Origin: Octopus bimaculoides
Lineage: Eukaryota
Length of the DNA stretch: 64,000 nucleotides
Assembly (NCBI RefSeq): GCF_001194135.2
Contig: NC_068991.1
Location: forward strand, 72,753,741-72,817,740
Direction: 5' to 3'
Shown here: piece after piece, positions 24,073-38,225 of the stretch
Layout: each line of letters begins with the position of its first letter
Numbering within the stretch: position 1 is the first letter of the stretch
The notes under the pieces: generated by a model
Told to the model about the DNA's origin: nothing
Databases searched by the model: none
The model's input: only the letters and a program-made list of their open reading frames with translations
Position numbers and translations under genes: made by a program

Positions 24073-24989
24073 CACATTTATGTATGTATGTATATATTTA
24101 CGTATGTATATATATATGAATAACGCATACCTATACACATTCACGTGCATGCACATTGCCATAATGACACAGTATAATGCCTAAGTACAATATACTGACT
24201 TTGTACGTATGTAAACTAATAAATTTTCCATTCCTTACAAAATACTTCAATAACGTCAACATTGATAACAACAACAACAACAACAACAACAACAGCAACA
24301 GCAGCAGTAACAGCAACAGCACCAGAAACGAGAACAACAAGGAAGAATATATTGTGTCTTTTATGAGTTCTGTTGTCTACTGGTACAAAGTAGTGAAATA
24401 TTCCATTATTTTAGTAAAACAGTGTGATCGATAAGTTAATTGGCTTATGGGTCTTTTCTGAATGAAAGAGCAGAAAGGGGGTGGGGTACTGAATAGTTAG
24501 CCGAAATGAGGAGATGGTTATGTAGTAATAGCTATTGTTGTCTGTACTGTTGCTATTACTACGTCTTCCTAATTTATCATTGAGTAACTTTCATTGGTTC
24601 TGAAACCGCCTATCACCCAACCACACTCTCTTATATATTATCTTCTCTATCTGCATCTCTCCTACACAAATGTATTTCTATGTATATAAGATTTTAAGTT
24701 CTGCTTTGTACTATATTAGTTTTGTATATTACTGCAATACATTTTGTGTTCGGGTTTTTGAGTTTATCGATAACATGTTCATCTATTCTCAAGTTTGTAT
24801 GTTTTGGCTTCATGTTGTTCACTTTATGTGTGGTTTGTTTATTTTAAATAGTTACAGTGGTTTGTGTATCTACTGTGTTGAGTATATTTGTACTGTATTG
24901 TTCTATACCTTGGTCTGTGAGTTTGTTTGTAAACCCGTTGTTGAAGAATGTTTGAATGAATGATTGCTTTGGTCTACAGATTCCTTTAG

Positions 24990-25130
24990 GTTGTGATTTT
25001 TTCTTCTTTGCTTTCTGAATCTGGAATAAGGGTCAGTGCCAATGACCTTTGCAGGTACTCCAAGACCTGTGAGGCTTGATGCCGTTAATATTCCATTTAA
25101 AATGTTGCAGGCCAAAACTTTCAGGAGAAA
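24990..25130 (-). mobile_element. Possible decayed LINE APE-endonuclease N-terminus
   Basis: Frame reads LQHFKWNINGIKPH (WNING motif). The remainder is frameshifted. Confidence 0.3.
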
Positions 25131-25821
25131 ATTCGAGCAGAGTGAATGTTCTAGAAAAAAAACCGATGTTGCAGGAAAGAAGGACAAGGCATAATGGTTA
25201 GGTCGAGTTTCAGGGATGGGGGGTAGTGGTGGTAGTGTGAGGGATGCGAAGGTTGCACGAGGTGCGAATGGTGAAGGTAGTGTGTGATAGGGGGATAAAA
25301 AGGGAAAGAGACCAAAAGAGACGATGAAAGGGAGAGAGAGAGAGAGAGAGAGACAAAATCTTCAAAACAAAGCACAATCAAATTGTATAGACGAGGTTTT
25401 CTTGTTATAATTCAGTTGTCATGGTCACGGGAATTTTCTCGATATTGATTCCATTAAAAGGACTGAGTTCAAAAGTTAAAAGAGATAAGAGACAATTTCA
25501 TAGAATTTCATACCAATAAGAACATTCCTGAAAGAATCAGGTATTCGTATGAAGACTTGTGAGGAGTGCATGTTACTTTTTTTTATATTGGCTTTGACAA
25601 AAGAGGAATCGCAGTGCCTAGGACACATTTTAAACAAAGGCTGAAAGAAAGGGAGTGAGTAGAGAGGGTTAAAGATGATTCTGTGAAAAGAGAGAGAGGG
25701 GGGGGAGAGATATAGAGGGAGGGGGAGAGATAGAGAGGGAGGGGGAGAGATAGAGAGGGAGAATGGGAACAGTAATATTTGACGCAGTATATTTATTCCG
25801 CTGCATAAAATATTGGTACAT

Positions 25822-25979
25822 AAGAGTGGCTGTGTGGTAAATAGCTTGCTTACCAATCACATGGCTCAGAGTTCCGTCCCACTGCGTGGCACTTTGTGCA
25901 AGTGTATTCTACTATAGCTTCGGGCCGACCAAAGTCTTGTAAGTGGATTTGGTAGACGGAAACTGAAAGAAGCCCGTCG

Positions 25980-26018
<39 letters not shown>

Positions 26019-26228
26019 ATGTGTGTGTGTCTGTTTTTGTCCCCCCACCATCGCTTGACAACCAATGTTTGTGTGTTCACGTCCCCGTAACTTAGCGGTT
26101 CGGCAAAAGACTCCGATAGATAGAATAAGTGCTAGGCTTACAAAGAATAAGTGCCAGCCACGTATCGGAATCGAGTAATCAATTTGCACCGTCCCCTCAA
26201 AATTGCTGGCCTGGTTCTAAAATTAGAA
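25822..26228 (+). mobile_element. Chimeric SINE: family B head and body with a family A-type 3' tail
   Basis: Matches B up to aagaataagt (~26152), then gccag...cccctcaaaattgctggcctggttctaaaattagaa like family A tails. Confidence 0.75.
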
Positions 26229-28595
26229 TGTAATTAATAAATTATTAATTACTTCGTACTGCAAAAACTTAACGAAGTCTTGATGGCAGCCATATATGAA
26301 TACTAAAGACTTTACAAATGAATATACAGACATTAAAGAATTTACAGTTGAAACTAAAAGGAAAATTGAATTAAATAAATGCATAAAGGTTATATGATAA
26401 ACTTCATTCCATTAAACTCAAATTTGCTTCACTAACGCAAGATTAAATATTGACTTCTGGCAAAACAATTCTGTTTCTTGCTATAGAAATGAACAATCAA
26501 TGAATCAGCAATTTAGAAAAAAATATATTTTCAAAAAGTTTGCGGTGTCCTTACGTTGGCGAATGTCACTTTATAATGTTAGTAAAATTGAATAGGTTCA
26601 AGTATTGTGCTGACGAGAATTGAATCCTGCAAGAAACGTCAGCACTCACTGCTCTTTTATGAATAAACATTTATGCATCCATACATGTAGCAGCCATATC
26701 TTCATCCAGTCACAAGCTGGCACCCTGGAAAACTGAAATACATAATGGATACTGTGAAAGCAGGCAGTGGATTTTCTTGAGAGAGCGAGTGGGCTATGTC
26801 CTGTTACTAAGCAAGGCACTTTACATAATTTTTCTCCAATCGCTCAGCAGGAAATAAGTACCAGCATCTGCCGTAGGTTAGCCGTGCAACAGACAGATAT
26901 CTCATCCTGGAGGGGGCGGTTTTCTGCTCTCAGTTACAGAATGTATACATGTATATATGTGCATGCATATGTGTGTATGTATATGCATATATATCTATGT
27001 ATATATATATATATATTATATGTATATGTATGTTTGTACGTGGATGTATATTTGATATATACATATATATATTTATACACCTTCCATATATATATATATA
27101 TATGTGTATATTTGATATATANNNNNNNNNNAGGTTTGAATATGGTACTTATGCGAAGGCACCCGAATATCACATCCCAAAAGGATGGGTGATTAAAATC
27201 AAATAATAAGCAACACGGATTTCAAAAGTGATAGCAGTACGCACGTTTCATGCTACTTCAATTTATTTAAGTAATGTGAGCATTACCTTAAATGCAATAT
27301 GAAGAGCAATGTATAAAAGTATATACTTGAGTGTTATCCATCATATGACAGATAACTTTGGAAGTGTAATTTGGCCGCCAACGGTAATATCAGAAAATGC
27401 TGCATACATATAATAATTATAACTTGTTTGAAATTTCTTGGTGTTAATGCAAAATGATGAAATGAATACTAATTATCAAAAGCAAAATGTCTCTTACCTT
27501 ACAATTAGCATATATGTACGTATGTCTGAGCGTGTATGAACGAGTGCGTATATACACAGATATGTTTGTGCGAATGTGAATGTATATATACATATGTATG
27601 TATTTTGTGTATATTTGGGCGTGTCTATATTTATACACAGACACGTTTCGACGCATGTCCTCACACACATACTTCTGAGAATGTATTTATTCTAACTTTA
27701 TTTAACATGTTTACATTTCTCTTTTTACATTGATACGAACACACATTTATTCATCTCTTGAAATCTTGCCATAACTTTACATGCTGAACTGTTTGAATGT
27801 CTTTTCAGTTCATAATTCCCGTCTTTATTACACCATTTTCATTGTTTTTCATATTTTCATATAGAATACGCTTTAATTTCTTCCATAATACATTTATAAT
27901 GGACTGCATCTCCTCCTCTGTCTACTTCCACTATCTATTACTTTCTCCCCGCACAATTTCGTCTTCTTCTTCCCCTATCTACCCCCCCACTCTTACACTC
28001 TTCATTTTATTCGCTGTACTTTGTTTTAAAGTTTATTAATTATATATATATATATATATATATNNNNNNNNNNNNNNNNNNNNNNNNNNNNNNNNNNNNN
28101 NNNNNNNNNNNNNNNNNNNNNNNNNNNNNNNNNNNNNNNNNNNNNNNNNNNNNNNNNNNNNNNNNNNNNNNNNNNNNNNNNNNNNNNNNNNNNNNNNNNN
28201 NNNNNNNNNNNNNNNNNNNNNNNNNNNNNNNNNNNNNNNNNNNNNNNNNNNNNNNNNNNNNNNNNNNNNNNNNNNNNNNNNNNNNNNNNNNNNNNNNNNN
28301 NNNNNNNNNNNNNNNNNNNNNNNNNNNNNNNNNNNNNNNNNNNNNNNNNNNNNNNNNNNNNNNNNNNNNNNNNNNNNNNNNNNNNNNNNNNNNNNNNNNN
28401 NNNNNNNNNNNNNNNNNNNNNNNNNNNNNNNNNNNNNNNNNNNNNNNNNNNNNNNNNNNNNNNNNNNNNNNNNNNNNNNNNNNNNNNNNNNNNNNNNNNN
28501 NNNNNNNNNNNNNNNNNNNNNNNNNNNNNNNNNNNNNNNNNNNNNNNNNNNNNNNNNNNNNNNNNNNNNNNNNNNNNNNNNNNNNNNNNNNNNNN

Positions 28596-28630
<35 letters not shown>

Positions 28631-29859
28631 TAGTTATGAAAAACGTAGAAATACATTGAAACCTAAAGTCGACTAATTTTTAATGATAGAAAGAAATCAT
28701 ATTTTCTATTTAGATATATTTTCAATTTATTTTCAGGTTAACTCTGTGTCTTTTGTATTAAAAGAAGTTAAATCTAAAAAGAAGTACACCTGGAGCGACT
28801 TTTTTAAAACAAGTTATTGTAATATAAAAATATTACATATTTTTTTGCGCTGAAATGTATTTTTAGTTATTTTCGTGTGCGTTTATATGCGTGTGTTATT
28901 TAAATATAGCGTCCAACATAATAAACATTGGAACGTTCTAAATTCTTTAATGGTTATAGCAATAATATTGATTTCTAACTAAAGCACATGACCATAATCT
29001 TTAAAGGCGGATTTGAATGGAACTTATTTTAAAGACAGATGAACAACTGTAGACAAAGTAGACGATACGTTAACATGATCACAAACCTCCATCACGAAGA
29101 TTTGATCACATAGCGTAAGATCCGACATGCTGGTCACGAAGAGAGTAGCGGTTGTCGTCGGTAAGTGGCTTGGTCCACCTAGAACTATGCTTTCCGCTAG
29201 ATCTAACAAGAACAATTCCTGTATATGTGATACATCGCAGAGTTTGAATAATAAAACTAGTTTTAGTAAGCCCTGATCGACCTGGGTCAATTCAGATCTT
29301 TGGATAAAGTCAACTGTCGTTACTTGGAGGCTGACCTCAGTGTAGTCGGTTTCGCTCAAGTTTTCAGAGTTTAAATCGTTTAAATATACAGAAAAATCTA
29401 CTGCAGGTTAAATCCAATGGGGACTTATACGAACCGTTTCAAATTATAAGACTTAGCTGTCAAAGATGTACGTTCTCAACTCTCTAGTATGTTTTGTCAT
29501 TTGAGCCATTGCTGTGGCAAATAAAATTGTCGGATCTATATCTCTTGCAAGCTGGAGCCATGTGACGGGCAATGCGGAAATCCATACATACCTCCTACTC
29601 CTTTCTCAAGGAGTAGGAGGTAAGAACTGAGGGTATGCTTTAAACGAAACAAGTTGGTAGTTTGCAGCATGGAACTGGAGAGACTTACATCTTTGGCCCA
29701 CGATGGCCACCATCGTGGGTCGTCGGACTGGTGATCCTGTAAAAGGGCTTTACAGTCAGGTAGGGCCAAACCTACAAATGGGTAGGCAGTGTATTTGCTT
29801 TGAAAAGGTGGGTTCAACTTAGAATTGAGGAGGACTTAATTAGTACCACATAATGTAGC

Positions 29860-29990
29860 TGTGTGGTTTAGAAGTTCGTTTTGCAACCATGGGATTTCAG
29901 GGTTCGAGCACCATGGGAAGTGCCTCCTAAACATAGCTTCGAGAAGACCGATATATTGTGAGTGGAATTGGATTTACGGAAACTGTACGG
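29860..29990 (+). mobile_element. Old SINE family B-like head
   Basis: gctgtgtggtttagaag...gggttcgag...gtgagtggaattgg...cggaaactg. Confidence 0.65.
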
Positions 29991-30101
29991 AACACATACA
30001 CACACACAAACACGGCATGTATTCACACATGCGTGATATGTACACACAGTCACGTGTGTGCGTACGTGCGCGTGTGTACGTGTCTGCATATGTGTGTATG
30101 T

Positions 30102-30133
<32 letters not shown>

Positions 30134-30169
30134 GTGCATATATCTTTTGATGATATATGCCAGCATAGG

Positions 30170-30407
30170 ACAGAAACTGAAAGAAGCCCGTCGTATATAC
30201 GTATATGTATATATATATATATATATATNNNNNNNNNNNNNNNNNNNNNNNNNNNNNNNNNNNNNNNNNNNNNNNNNNNNNNNNNNNNNNNNNNNNNNNN
30301 NNNNNNNNNNNNNNNNNNNNNNNNNNNNNNNNNNNNNNNNNNNNNNNNNNNNNNNNNNNNNNNNNNNNNNNNNNNNNNNNNNNNNNNNNNNNNNNNNNNN
30401 NNNNNNC

Positions 30408-30452
<45 letters not shown>

Positions 30453-30643
30453 TCCCCCAACATCGCTTGACAACCGATGCTGGTGTGTTTACGTCCCCAT
30501 AACTTAGCAGTTCGGCAAAAGAGACCGATAGAATTAGTACTAGGCTTCCAAAGAATAAGTCCTGGGATCGATTTGCTTGACTAAGGGTGGTGCTCCAGCA
30601 TGGCCGCAGTCAAATGACTGAAACAAGTAAAAGAAAAAAAGAG
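30170..30643 (+). mobile_element. SINE family B 3' portion (spans an N gap)
   Basis: gaaactgaaagaagcccgtcg...catggccgcagtcaaatgactgaaacaagtaaaag. Confidence 0.9.
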
Positions 30644-30783
30644 TACTTTTTTAAAGAAGAATTGTTCTGCTCCTAGTTACACAGACACTCCCTTGGCTAA
30701 CAAGCTATAACAGAAGTACGGTGAATCATTGAATGACCTGTAGAAAACCTGTAACAAACCACGTCATTGTCAAACAGTTGAAA

Positions 30784-30824
<41 letters not shown>

Positions 30825-31737
30825 ATCTCCCATCTTTCTGCTGTTTCTACCTCTATTTTGCTCTGTGTTCAGATAAATTCAATATGAAACCTGTCTTTTG
30901 TCATTCAGTACGTTTCTAATAATAAGTGAACTTAAATGCAATAAAGTCTACGCTATTACAATTTAACAATTGTATAGAGTTGCTCATGAGGAGGCGGAGA
31001 AAGATACAGAAGAGGAAAACATGCCGAGAAGGAACTATTTTGCCAATTGCATTAAACATATTTCGTTTTCTTTTCCATCGTTAATTGCTAGCAGGAATTC
31101 ACTGATAGATATAATAAACGAATTAATCACAGCTGTTTTTATTAAGACGCAGGAAGTATGGAAGCTACGGTAAAGTTACTTGCCAACCCCATCATGCAAC
31201 AAATGATTTTTTGAAAATATTTCGATGTTGTTGTTGAAGCTTAATATTTTTCTAAACGTCGTAAGAGAATCAATATAACTATTTCAGTCATTCTAAACTC
31301 GACAAGTTTGTTTAACTTAACAAAACAAGGTTTTTTTAATGTCTAGAATCACTGCAGCAAAAATTGAAGAACTTGCTTGTTTAAGGGGAAAAACAATTAA
31401 ACGTCTGTAACCTTTTTCATCTCCCAACACAAAACAATCTTAAAGAACTTTAGACTTCAACATCAGATGATTGTTATAGAGAAACATAAAAAAAAAAAAA
31501 AATCTGTAGTTAAAAGGCTATGGTTTTCGAGATGGAGTGGGAGACGAAATTATTGCAGTAGGCGAACAACAAGAACAACAACAGAAAACGGCATCAACAA
31601 CAAGTCTTTTCTCGAGAGAGAAAAGAATTGCTGACAATACCAGCCATTGGTATTACTGAGTTTTGGATCTGGAGTTCTGGTAGAGGTCCATATTTAAGAA
31701 GAGGGACGATACGCTGTATTTTCCATGCAAGAAGAAA

Positions 31738-31959
31738 TACAGTAATCCCTCGACTGTCGCGTGTGTTACGTTGAGCGAAAATTCGCGAAGTAGAAACAGA
31801 ACTGTACTGTATTTTCAATATTATTTTCATAATTTCTATATATTTATTTTTATTAGAAATGCAAAACAATATCACTGAGGAATCGACGTAAGCTTAAATA
31901 ATAAATTGCGATAGATGTACCGCGATAGGTGAACCGCGATATGGTAAGGAATTACTGTA
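31738..31959 (-). mobile_element. pogo/Tigger-like MITE with TA TSD
   Basis: TA-CAGTAATCCCTCGACTGTCGCG ... CGCGATATGGTAAGGAATTACTG-TA. Inverted relative to the 22242 copy. Confidence 0.85.
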
Positions 31960-32399
31960 TGTTAAATTTTAGGAAATTTATTCCCGTTATAAATCAAAAT
32001 ATCTAAGAGGTTTGCATCAATTAATTGGGCAAATTAGACAGGAATAGTTTAAAGAATCTTACCTATCCGATTGACCCATTGTTTTGAGTTTTGAAATGGA
32101 ACTGTCTGTAAACTATAAATTGGATATAGTTATCTACTTGATCTTATCTGAGAATGCATTCTCTTTTTGTGAGGACTGGGCAACCAGAAATCGCGTGGAT
32201 CGATGCTTCTGTGTATTTTTGTCTAAGTGTGGCGTTCATTAGCGTAAGCCTCTTAAATCATTATCTTATCTTGAAAGGTTTTCTGATTAAACGTCAGTCC
32301 AGTTTAATAAAAATCAAAACTTAATCTACCTATACTGCAGATTTTTTGAGCCATTGATAGCTTAATATTGTTTCCTTTCCTCTCACAAATGTCTTACTG

Positions 32400-33230
32400 G
32401 TTTGCTCATACCGCCATTATTTTTTCAAGAACACTTGTTATAATCACTTGATATTTCAACTGCAATAATATGGATTTATGGTATCCTTGTTACTCCTTCA
32501 TCTTTCAGCAAAACTCATTGTTTTCTCCATAGAATGTTCTCTTTCTTTCTAAACAATTGCTTGAATAAATACATTTTCTTTCCATTCTTTTTATATCTTC
32601 GTCTTTACTCTTTCTAATCACTTTTTGTTTCTGCTTTTCTCCCGTGTATATTTCTGCTGCACGCTAAGCATTCTTATTTTCCGGCTTAGCTCTCCAGTCC
32701 TACAATGTCCAATTTTACTCTGCCTGATCTATTGAATAGTCTTGCTTCTACCTCTTTTACCAGTAAATAGAATCTACTAATGTTGCTCTTAGATATAACC
32801 CATTATATTATAACAACTTTTCGTGTACCTACTTTCATCAAGTTTGTTTTCATCCTTTTAAAGAAGTGCGCATGTAGCATCACAATACTGCCAAGTTATT
32901 CATACGTATAATGATGTTCTGTTCGTTTAATTTTGTTTCTAAGATCTTCCTGATGTTTCTTTTGTATTCCTCTTTAACATTGTCTTTCATTTCTTTCTGT
33001 TTCAACATCACTCATACATTTATATGGTCATCCCTCTTTCAGTAATATTATTGTTTTTTTTCCCAAAGGAATGATTCCTTTCGATATCACCCCATTTTAC
33101 TACATTTTATTACATGTTTTGCACATTGGCCAATTCCCAGAATCCATTTCAGCTTCTTTACTGCATCCAAATGTCTCACTTATTTAACTTGTGTGTCATT
33201 TTTTCTTATCCTGTCATTTTCTTTCATATT
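32400..33230 (-). mobile_element. Decayed R4/Dong-like (RLE-type) LINE, RT C-terminal region
   Basis: Reads EMKDNVKEEYK..IRKILETKLNEQNII..MNNLAV, matching the R4-like EMKEK..KEY.RR.RK.LETKL..N.I..IN.WAV segment. Confidence 0.65.
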
Positions 33231-36200
33231 CGTTTCGTGCCACCTGGTGGCGTTCACACAAACTAAATCTTTTCGTATATCTTAATTCACATTTTAAAAA
33301 GCTTAAGGTCATGGGTAAGCAAAACAATGAATGAATTTATCAGTGCAAATAAGTACAGCTAAATTTTGTTTGAATCACGTCCCAATATCTAAATAAAAAA
33401 CAATTTGCATTGTATTATCCAACAAAGAAAAATACAGTCTATTGAAATGTGATCATCTACTACATTCTTGACAGTAAAGAATTTTGGGAGATGATAGTGA
33501 AATAGTCGTTAGTATTCCATTTCAAACAGCAGACATCACATAAACACGTAAACGCACACAGAAAAACCTACTTTTGAACAGAATATGTATTATTGAAATT
33601 TCAGAAGTACAACGAATGAAAAGAAATAAATATAATATCATAAAACTATATAAATAAAGAGCTGACTATGAATGTATGTATGAATATATGGCGAAAAATC
33701 TATAATTATAAAAGGTTATATTCTTTGTTCTGAATAATAAATAAGAATTTGGATTTGAGCCATGAAACTTGTAATTGAATTGTGTATTATTTTCTAATCA
33801 TTTCTATTCCACTTGAATTTTCTTCGGTAATTTTCCAAGATTCCTCTGTAAACAAGCAGCAAGTCTTTACTTCCTCTCAAGTCTCCAACAGCAGTATTTA
33901 GAATTTTATCCATAAAAAATAGGCTCATGGTATGTTATCTTCTCAGTTGTTCTGCGGAAATTTTGCAGAATTAATTTTGGCGGCACAGCGTACGTAAATG
34001 ATATTTTATCAAAATACACTGGAAAGTCGATAGCAGCTGTTCATTTATAGAATCGCATGTCATTATGGACAGAAAAAAGGACCAGTTGCCCCAGTTTCAG
34101 TTTTTATAGAAATATCAGCAGTATATAAGTATTCGTCTCTGTATATTATCACTATCATNNNNNNNNNNTATATATTTATATACATTTTTATAAAGCTAAA
34201 AAAGAAACTGATTCAAACGACTCGGCTATAAACATGTGAAAATAGTTTGTCTTTGTTGTATTAGAGAGAAAGAGAAAATATATGAAAAAGGCGATTGTAT
34301 ATTGAGAGATTATTAAGAGAAAGGGAAAGAGAAGGTGTAAGGTGTGCGTAACATGAACTAACTTCAAAATCTCCAGTTACAATTAAGATTACCGATGGTG
34401 AGTCTCGAAAATGAAACTTATTTATAATGGAAATGGCTAATGTTCCGGGACATTTTGTTTGCATTTCGGCGCGAAAACCAAAGCGGTTCTACTGAACTCG
34501 ATCGATACCGTATCTCAGCTCTCGTTAGGCGTGTTGCTTATTTGTTTAGGCATTTTAGCGACTGCTGTTATAAAATTACCAAGTATTCTAATATTGGATA
34601 AACATCGAATCTAAAACTAAACAAAGATGGTGTAGGATCTATTTCTGGGAGTTATCTGCTACAGTTGTTTTGTTTCTGGTTATTAAAATTGCAATACGGC
34701 TTCGATCGTAAGTAAGCATGTATAAAAATTCATACCCGTATGTTTAATAAACACACATTTATTTAGTTAAATTTTCTTTTAGCTCAAGATACTACCTAAT
34801 TTGTAACACACGCTTTGTTTCCTCATACTTTTCGGAAAGTAATAGCAGAAAGCAAATAAAACTTCCCCAAATTTTTCCAAAATATTGAAACCTGATTACG
34901 TATCTTTTTACTTGCCAACGTGAGACAAAAACACACAGAGACATACATACTCACGCACTCACTCTTGCACTCACTCAGACAGACACATATACATATACAT
35001 TAGCACACATACATGAACACTCACTATTGCAAACATACAACTCTACATACACACATGAACACATATACACGTAACACTTAGTAATACATAATGAAACAGA
35101 AGCAATTCTTGAAAAAGATATTTGAATATGAAAAACTCATATAATAGTGTTATACAAGAGAAAAAAAAAATTAGATCGACAATAAATATCGAAAACAAAA
35201 AAATGAAGGGGAAATACATTGGGGTACAAAAACATTTAACCAATCAATTTCGATACAGAAATTGCAGACAGACAAATAACATAAATTTAGTATTTCTGTG
35301 AAAATAAATCCCGTGTTATATAACAGGACATTCGATAGAGAATCTAACCGACTGGTTGGCTCATTTCCCTTGGAGTAATGGAAGGGACGTTATCATCGCT
35401 GGTAACTCTGTTGATTTGCAGCGATCGGAAGTGTTCTTACGCTTAGTATATTTGTGTTTACGGTGATGAATATGGTGGAGTAGAAAGGGTTAATTTTGGA
35501 GGCGAGTTATCTAATATGTGCAGCGTGGAGTTGGACGCCAAGTGGGCAGCAAATGGAAGCTTTCCCTGTGGATATACCGCCTACTGAACCCCTATGATTA
35601 AGAAATATTGGAAAGAAGGATTTCACAAACATGATAGAGGTCCTTTTATTAAAGGACTAAAAGGATCGACTGAAAAGGAGAGACGGGAGAATTTGTGGGC
35701 TATCTTATGAATGGAAGCATCATTCGATGTTGGGACGATGGTCTTGCAGGAACTGCAGTTCATTCACTTTCCAGGAATGGGTGATTTACTCCAGACACTG
35801 TAGGTTGTGTTCTTCACCTGAAATGCTACTACGCAGTTATCAACGGAAGTCAGCAAGAGCTCAAATATTTCTTGACTATGAAGAGAAAGGCCAGCGTTTG
35901 GAAAGTTGCTTATGTTACGTCATATACGTGGAGAGACTAAGAAAGATAACAAAAAAAAAAAAAAACTAGCATTGGTATAAGTTTTAAGGCTATTAACTGA
36001 GCGTGAATTGTATCGATGTGTCTTAGTATAAAGTGTTATTGTGTCTTTGTACCGTTGGAAGGGGCCAAAGTGTTAACTATCTATTGTTTCCGATAAATAT
36101 CGAATGTGCTTTGTTAGCTTGTAATATCGGAATTAAATCTTTCTGTAGGCATGTGATGAATATGATAAATCTTCATTTCCCCCTTCCAGAACCGTTCTGC

Positions 36201-36949
36201 AAAGGCGATGCTTTCTGTGCCAATCGAAATACAATAAAACACCTCCAAATCTCTTTTTTTTTAGCATTCGTAGATGTTGTTTTGCAAAGCATGAACTATC
36301 TTAAGAGAACGCGAAGGAAAGAAAAAATCTATTACTAAACCTAATAAATAAATATATAAGAGAAGAAATGTATGACTCGAAGAAATAAATCATAACCTGT
36401 TCGTTCAGTGAGAGACAGAGAGAGAAAAATATTGGGAAATGAAATTAATTTACCTCACACCAGTGAGAACAACTCGCATATAAATATACTTCTATTAAAG
36501 AAAGGTATCAGAGAAAATTGCTTTCTATACGGATAATTCATTTCATCTCATGCTGACCACTTTATTTTTGTGGTTCTCTGATAGAGAATTAAGTCAAAAA
36601 CAGGACCAAAATATTATTCAGCAGCATCGCTTGAACATTTATAATACCTTAACTAATAATAGGTATATTTCTATTTCTTGACTTTTTCTCTGTAGCCAGT
36701 GGACGCAGACGGTTCCAAGTAATATGATAGATAATAAAATTGAAAGCTAATTAGCCCCCAATGACATCCATGGAGTCACATTTCTCTCCTTCTTTAATAT
36801 TGGCAGGAGAATAAAAAAAAAAAGAAAAAAAGGTGAATATTTAATTAATTTTTTTATTTTTTTGCCAATATCATTTCATCAAATCAATTCTTAGAATAAT
36901 TCCAACTCTTTAACAGTTGGATAATCATATCTACTGTGGAAAGTTCATC

Positions 36950-37321
36950 CGTTTTCTGTCTTTTGTTCTTTCTTCCTCTCCTCCATCCATCCTTTCTTTC
37001 TTTCTTCCTTTCTTTCTTCCTTCTTTCCCTTCTTCAATCTCCGTTCCTTTCTCTTTCCTTCCTTTCCTCCATTCCTTCATCTCTTTACTTCGTTCGTTCG
37101 TTCGTTCGTTCATTCGTTCGTTCGTTCGTTCGTTCCTTCTTTCCTTCCTTCGTTCCTTTATCTCTCTTTCTTTCTTTCCAGCTTACCTTTCTTTCCCTCC
37201 TTTCTTTTCTTCCGTATTTCTTTCCTTCATTCACTTCCCCTTCCTTCCTTCCTTCCTTCCTTCCTTCCTTCCTTCCTTCCTTCCTTCCCTTCTTTCTTTC
37301 TTCCTTCCTTCCTTCCTTCCT

Positions 37322-37372
<51 letters not shown>

Positions 37373-37385
37373 CTCCTCCCTTTCT
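36950..37385. repeat. Long polypyrimidine compound microsatellite (TTCC/TTTC/TTCG)
   Basis: Visible; about 430 bp. Confidence 0.95.
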
Positions 37386-37495
37386 CTTCTTTGATATATT
37401 CTCGTATCTGCTATGTTTCTGTTATCGTTTCTAGTTTGTTTTTTGGAGTAAAGAGTTTTACCAACATAAGGCAGTCCTGGTTTAGAACGAATGTT

Positions 37496-37547
37496 GCTGT
37501 AATTTAGCCCCAGGAGACATCGTCTCCAGCTGGTTATACGACACGAT
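37496..37547. repeat. Dispersed repeat fragment, second copy at 22028-22079 (probable LINE/SINE tail)
   Basis: atttagccccaggagacatcgtctccagctgg..atacgacac versus atttagccccagaaaacatcgtttctagctag..atacgacac. Confidence 0.6.
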
Positions 37548-38099
37548 CTGTGTCCTTACATTTTCGAACAAGAGAACCTAGCGCCCCCACTTTTTTAAAA
37601 TTTATTATTTCATATCCGTCCTAGGCCATCTCACCTTCACAGTCATCTCCAATTTTCGTTTTCTATTTCCTATGCTGCTTGTAAATTCTGATGAAAAACC
37701 TCATGGGATGGAATCGTCAAGATCAGCTTTGTTCTATCAGCAATTCCTTAGAAAATAACTAAATTAGTTAAATCAACAATGATGATAACAAACACTTAGT
37801 ATTTTGGTTTTTAATATTAATTAATAAATGGAGGAAGTTTATGGTTCACTGTCTAACTCTTACTGCGTTGTTGAATATAAACTTCACAGACATAAGACAC
37901 TTTCGACTTTATCCGTGTAAAGACTGTTTGAATTGAAAAATGTCCACGACGACCTCATCCGTAATAGGGAAATATCATAGGTTTTCACGAAGGCTTCACC
38001 ATTATAGGGTTTATCAGATAGAGAGATATCGCTGGTTTCTACATCGTTTAGAGAATATTCGAGAAATGTGTTTCTGGATAAAGCGTCGAAACTTTACCG

Positions 38100-38187
38100 T
38101 TATCTTTTATCTTTAACTTGTTTCGGACACTGGACTGCGGCCATGCTGGTGTATTACTTGAAAGGGTTTTAGTCGAANNNNNNNNNN

Positions 38188-38225
<38 letters not shown>

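Noticed and set aside
29034-29160. Plus-strand exon ending at CG|GTAAGT
   Set aside because: All three frames contain stops from the plausible acceptors.
35360-35930. GC-richer unique block as a coding exon or TE
   Set aside because: No sustained open frame or recognisable motif in the frames I read; left unannotated.
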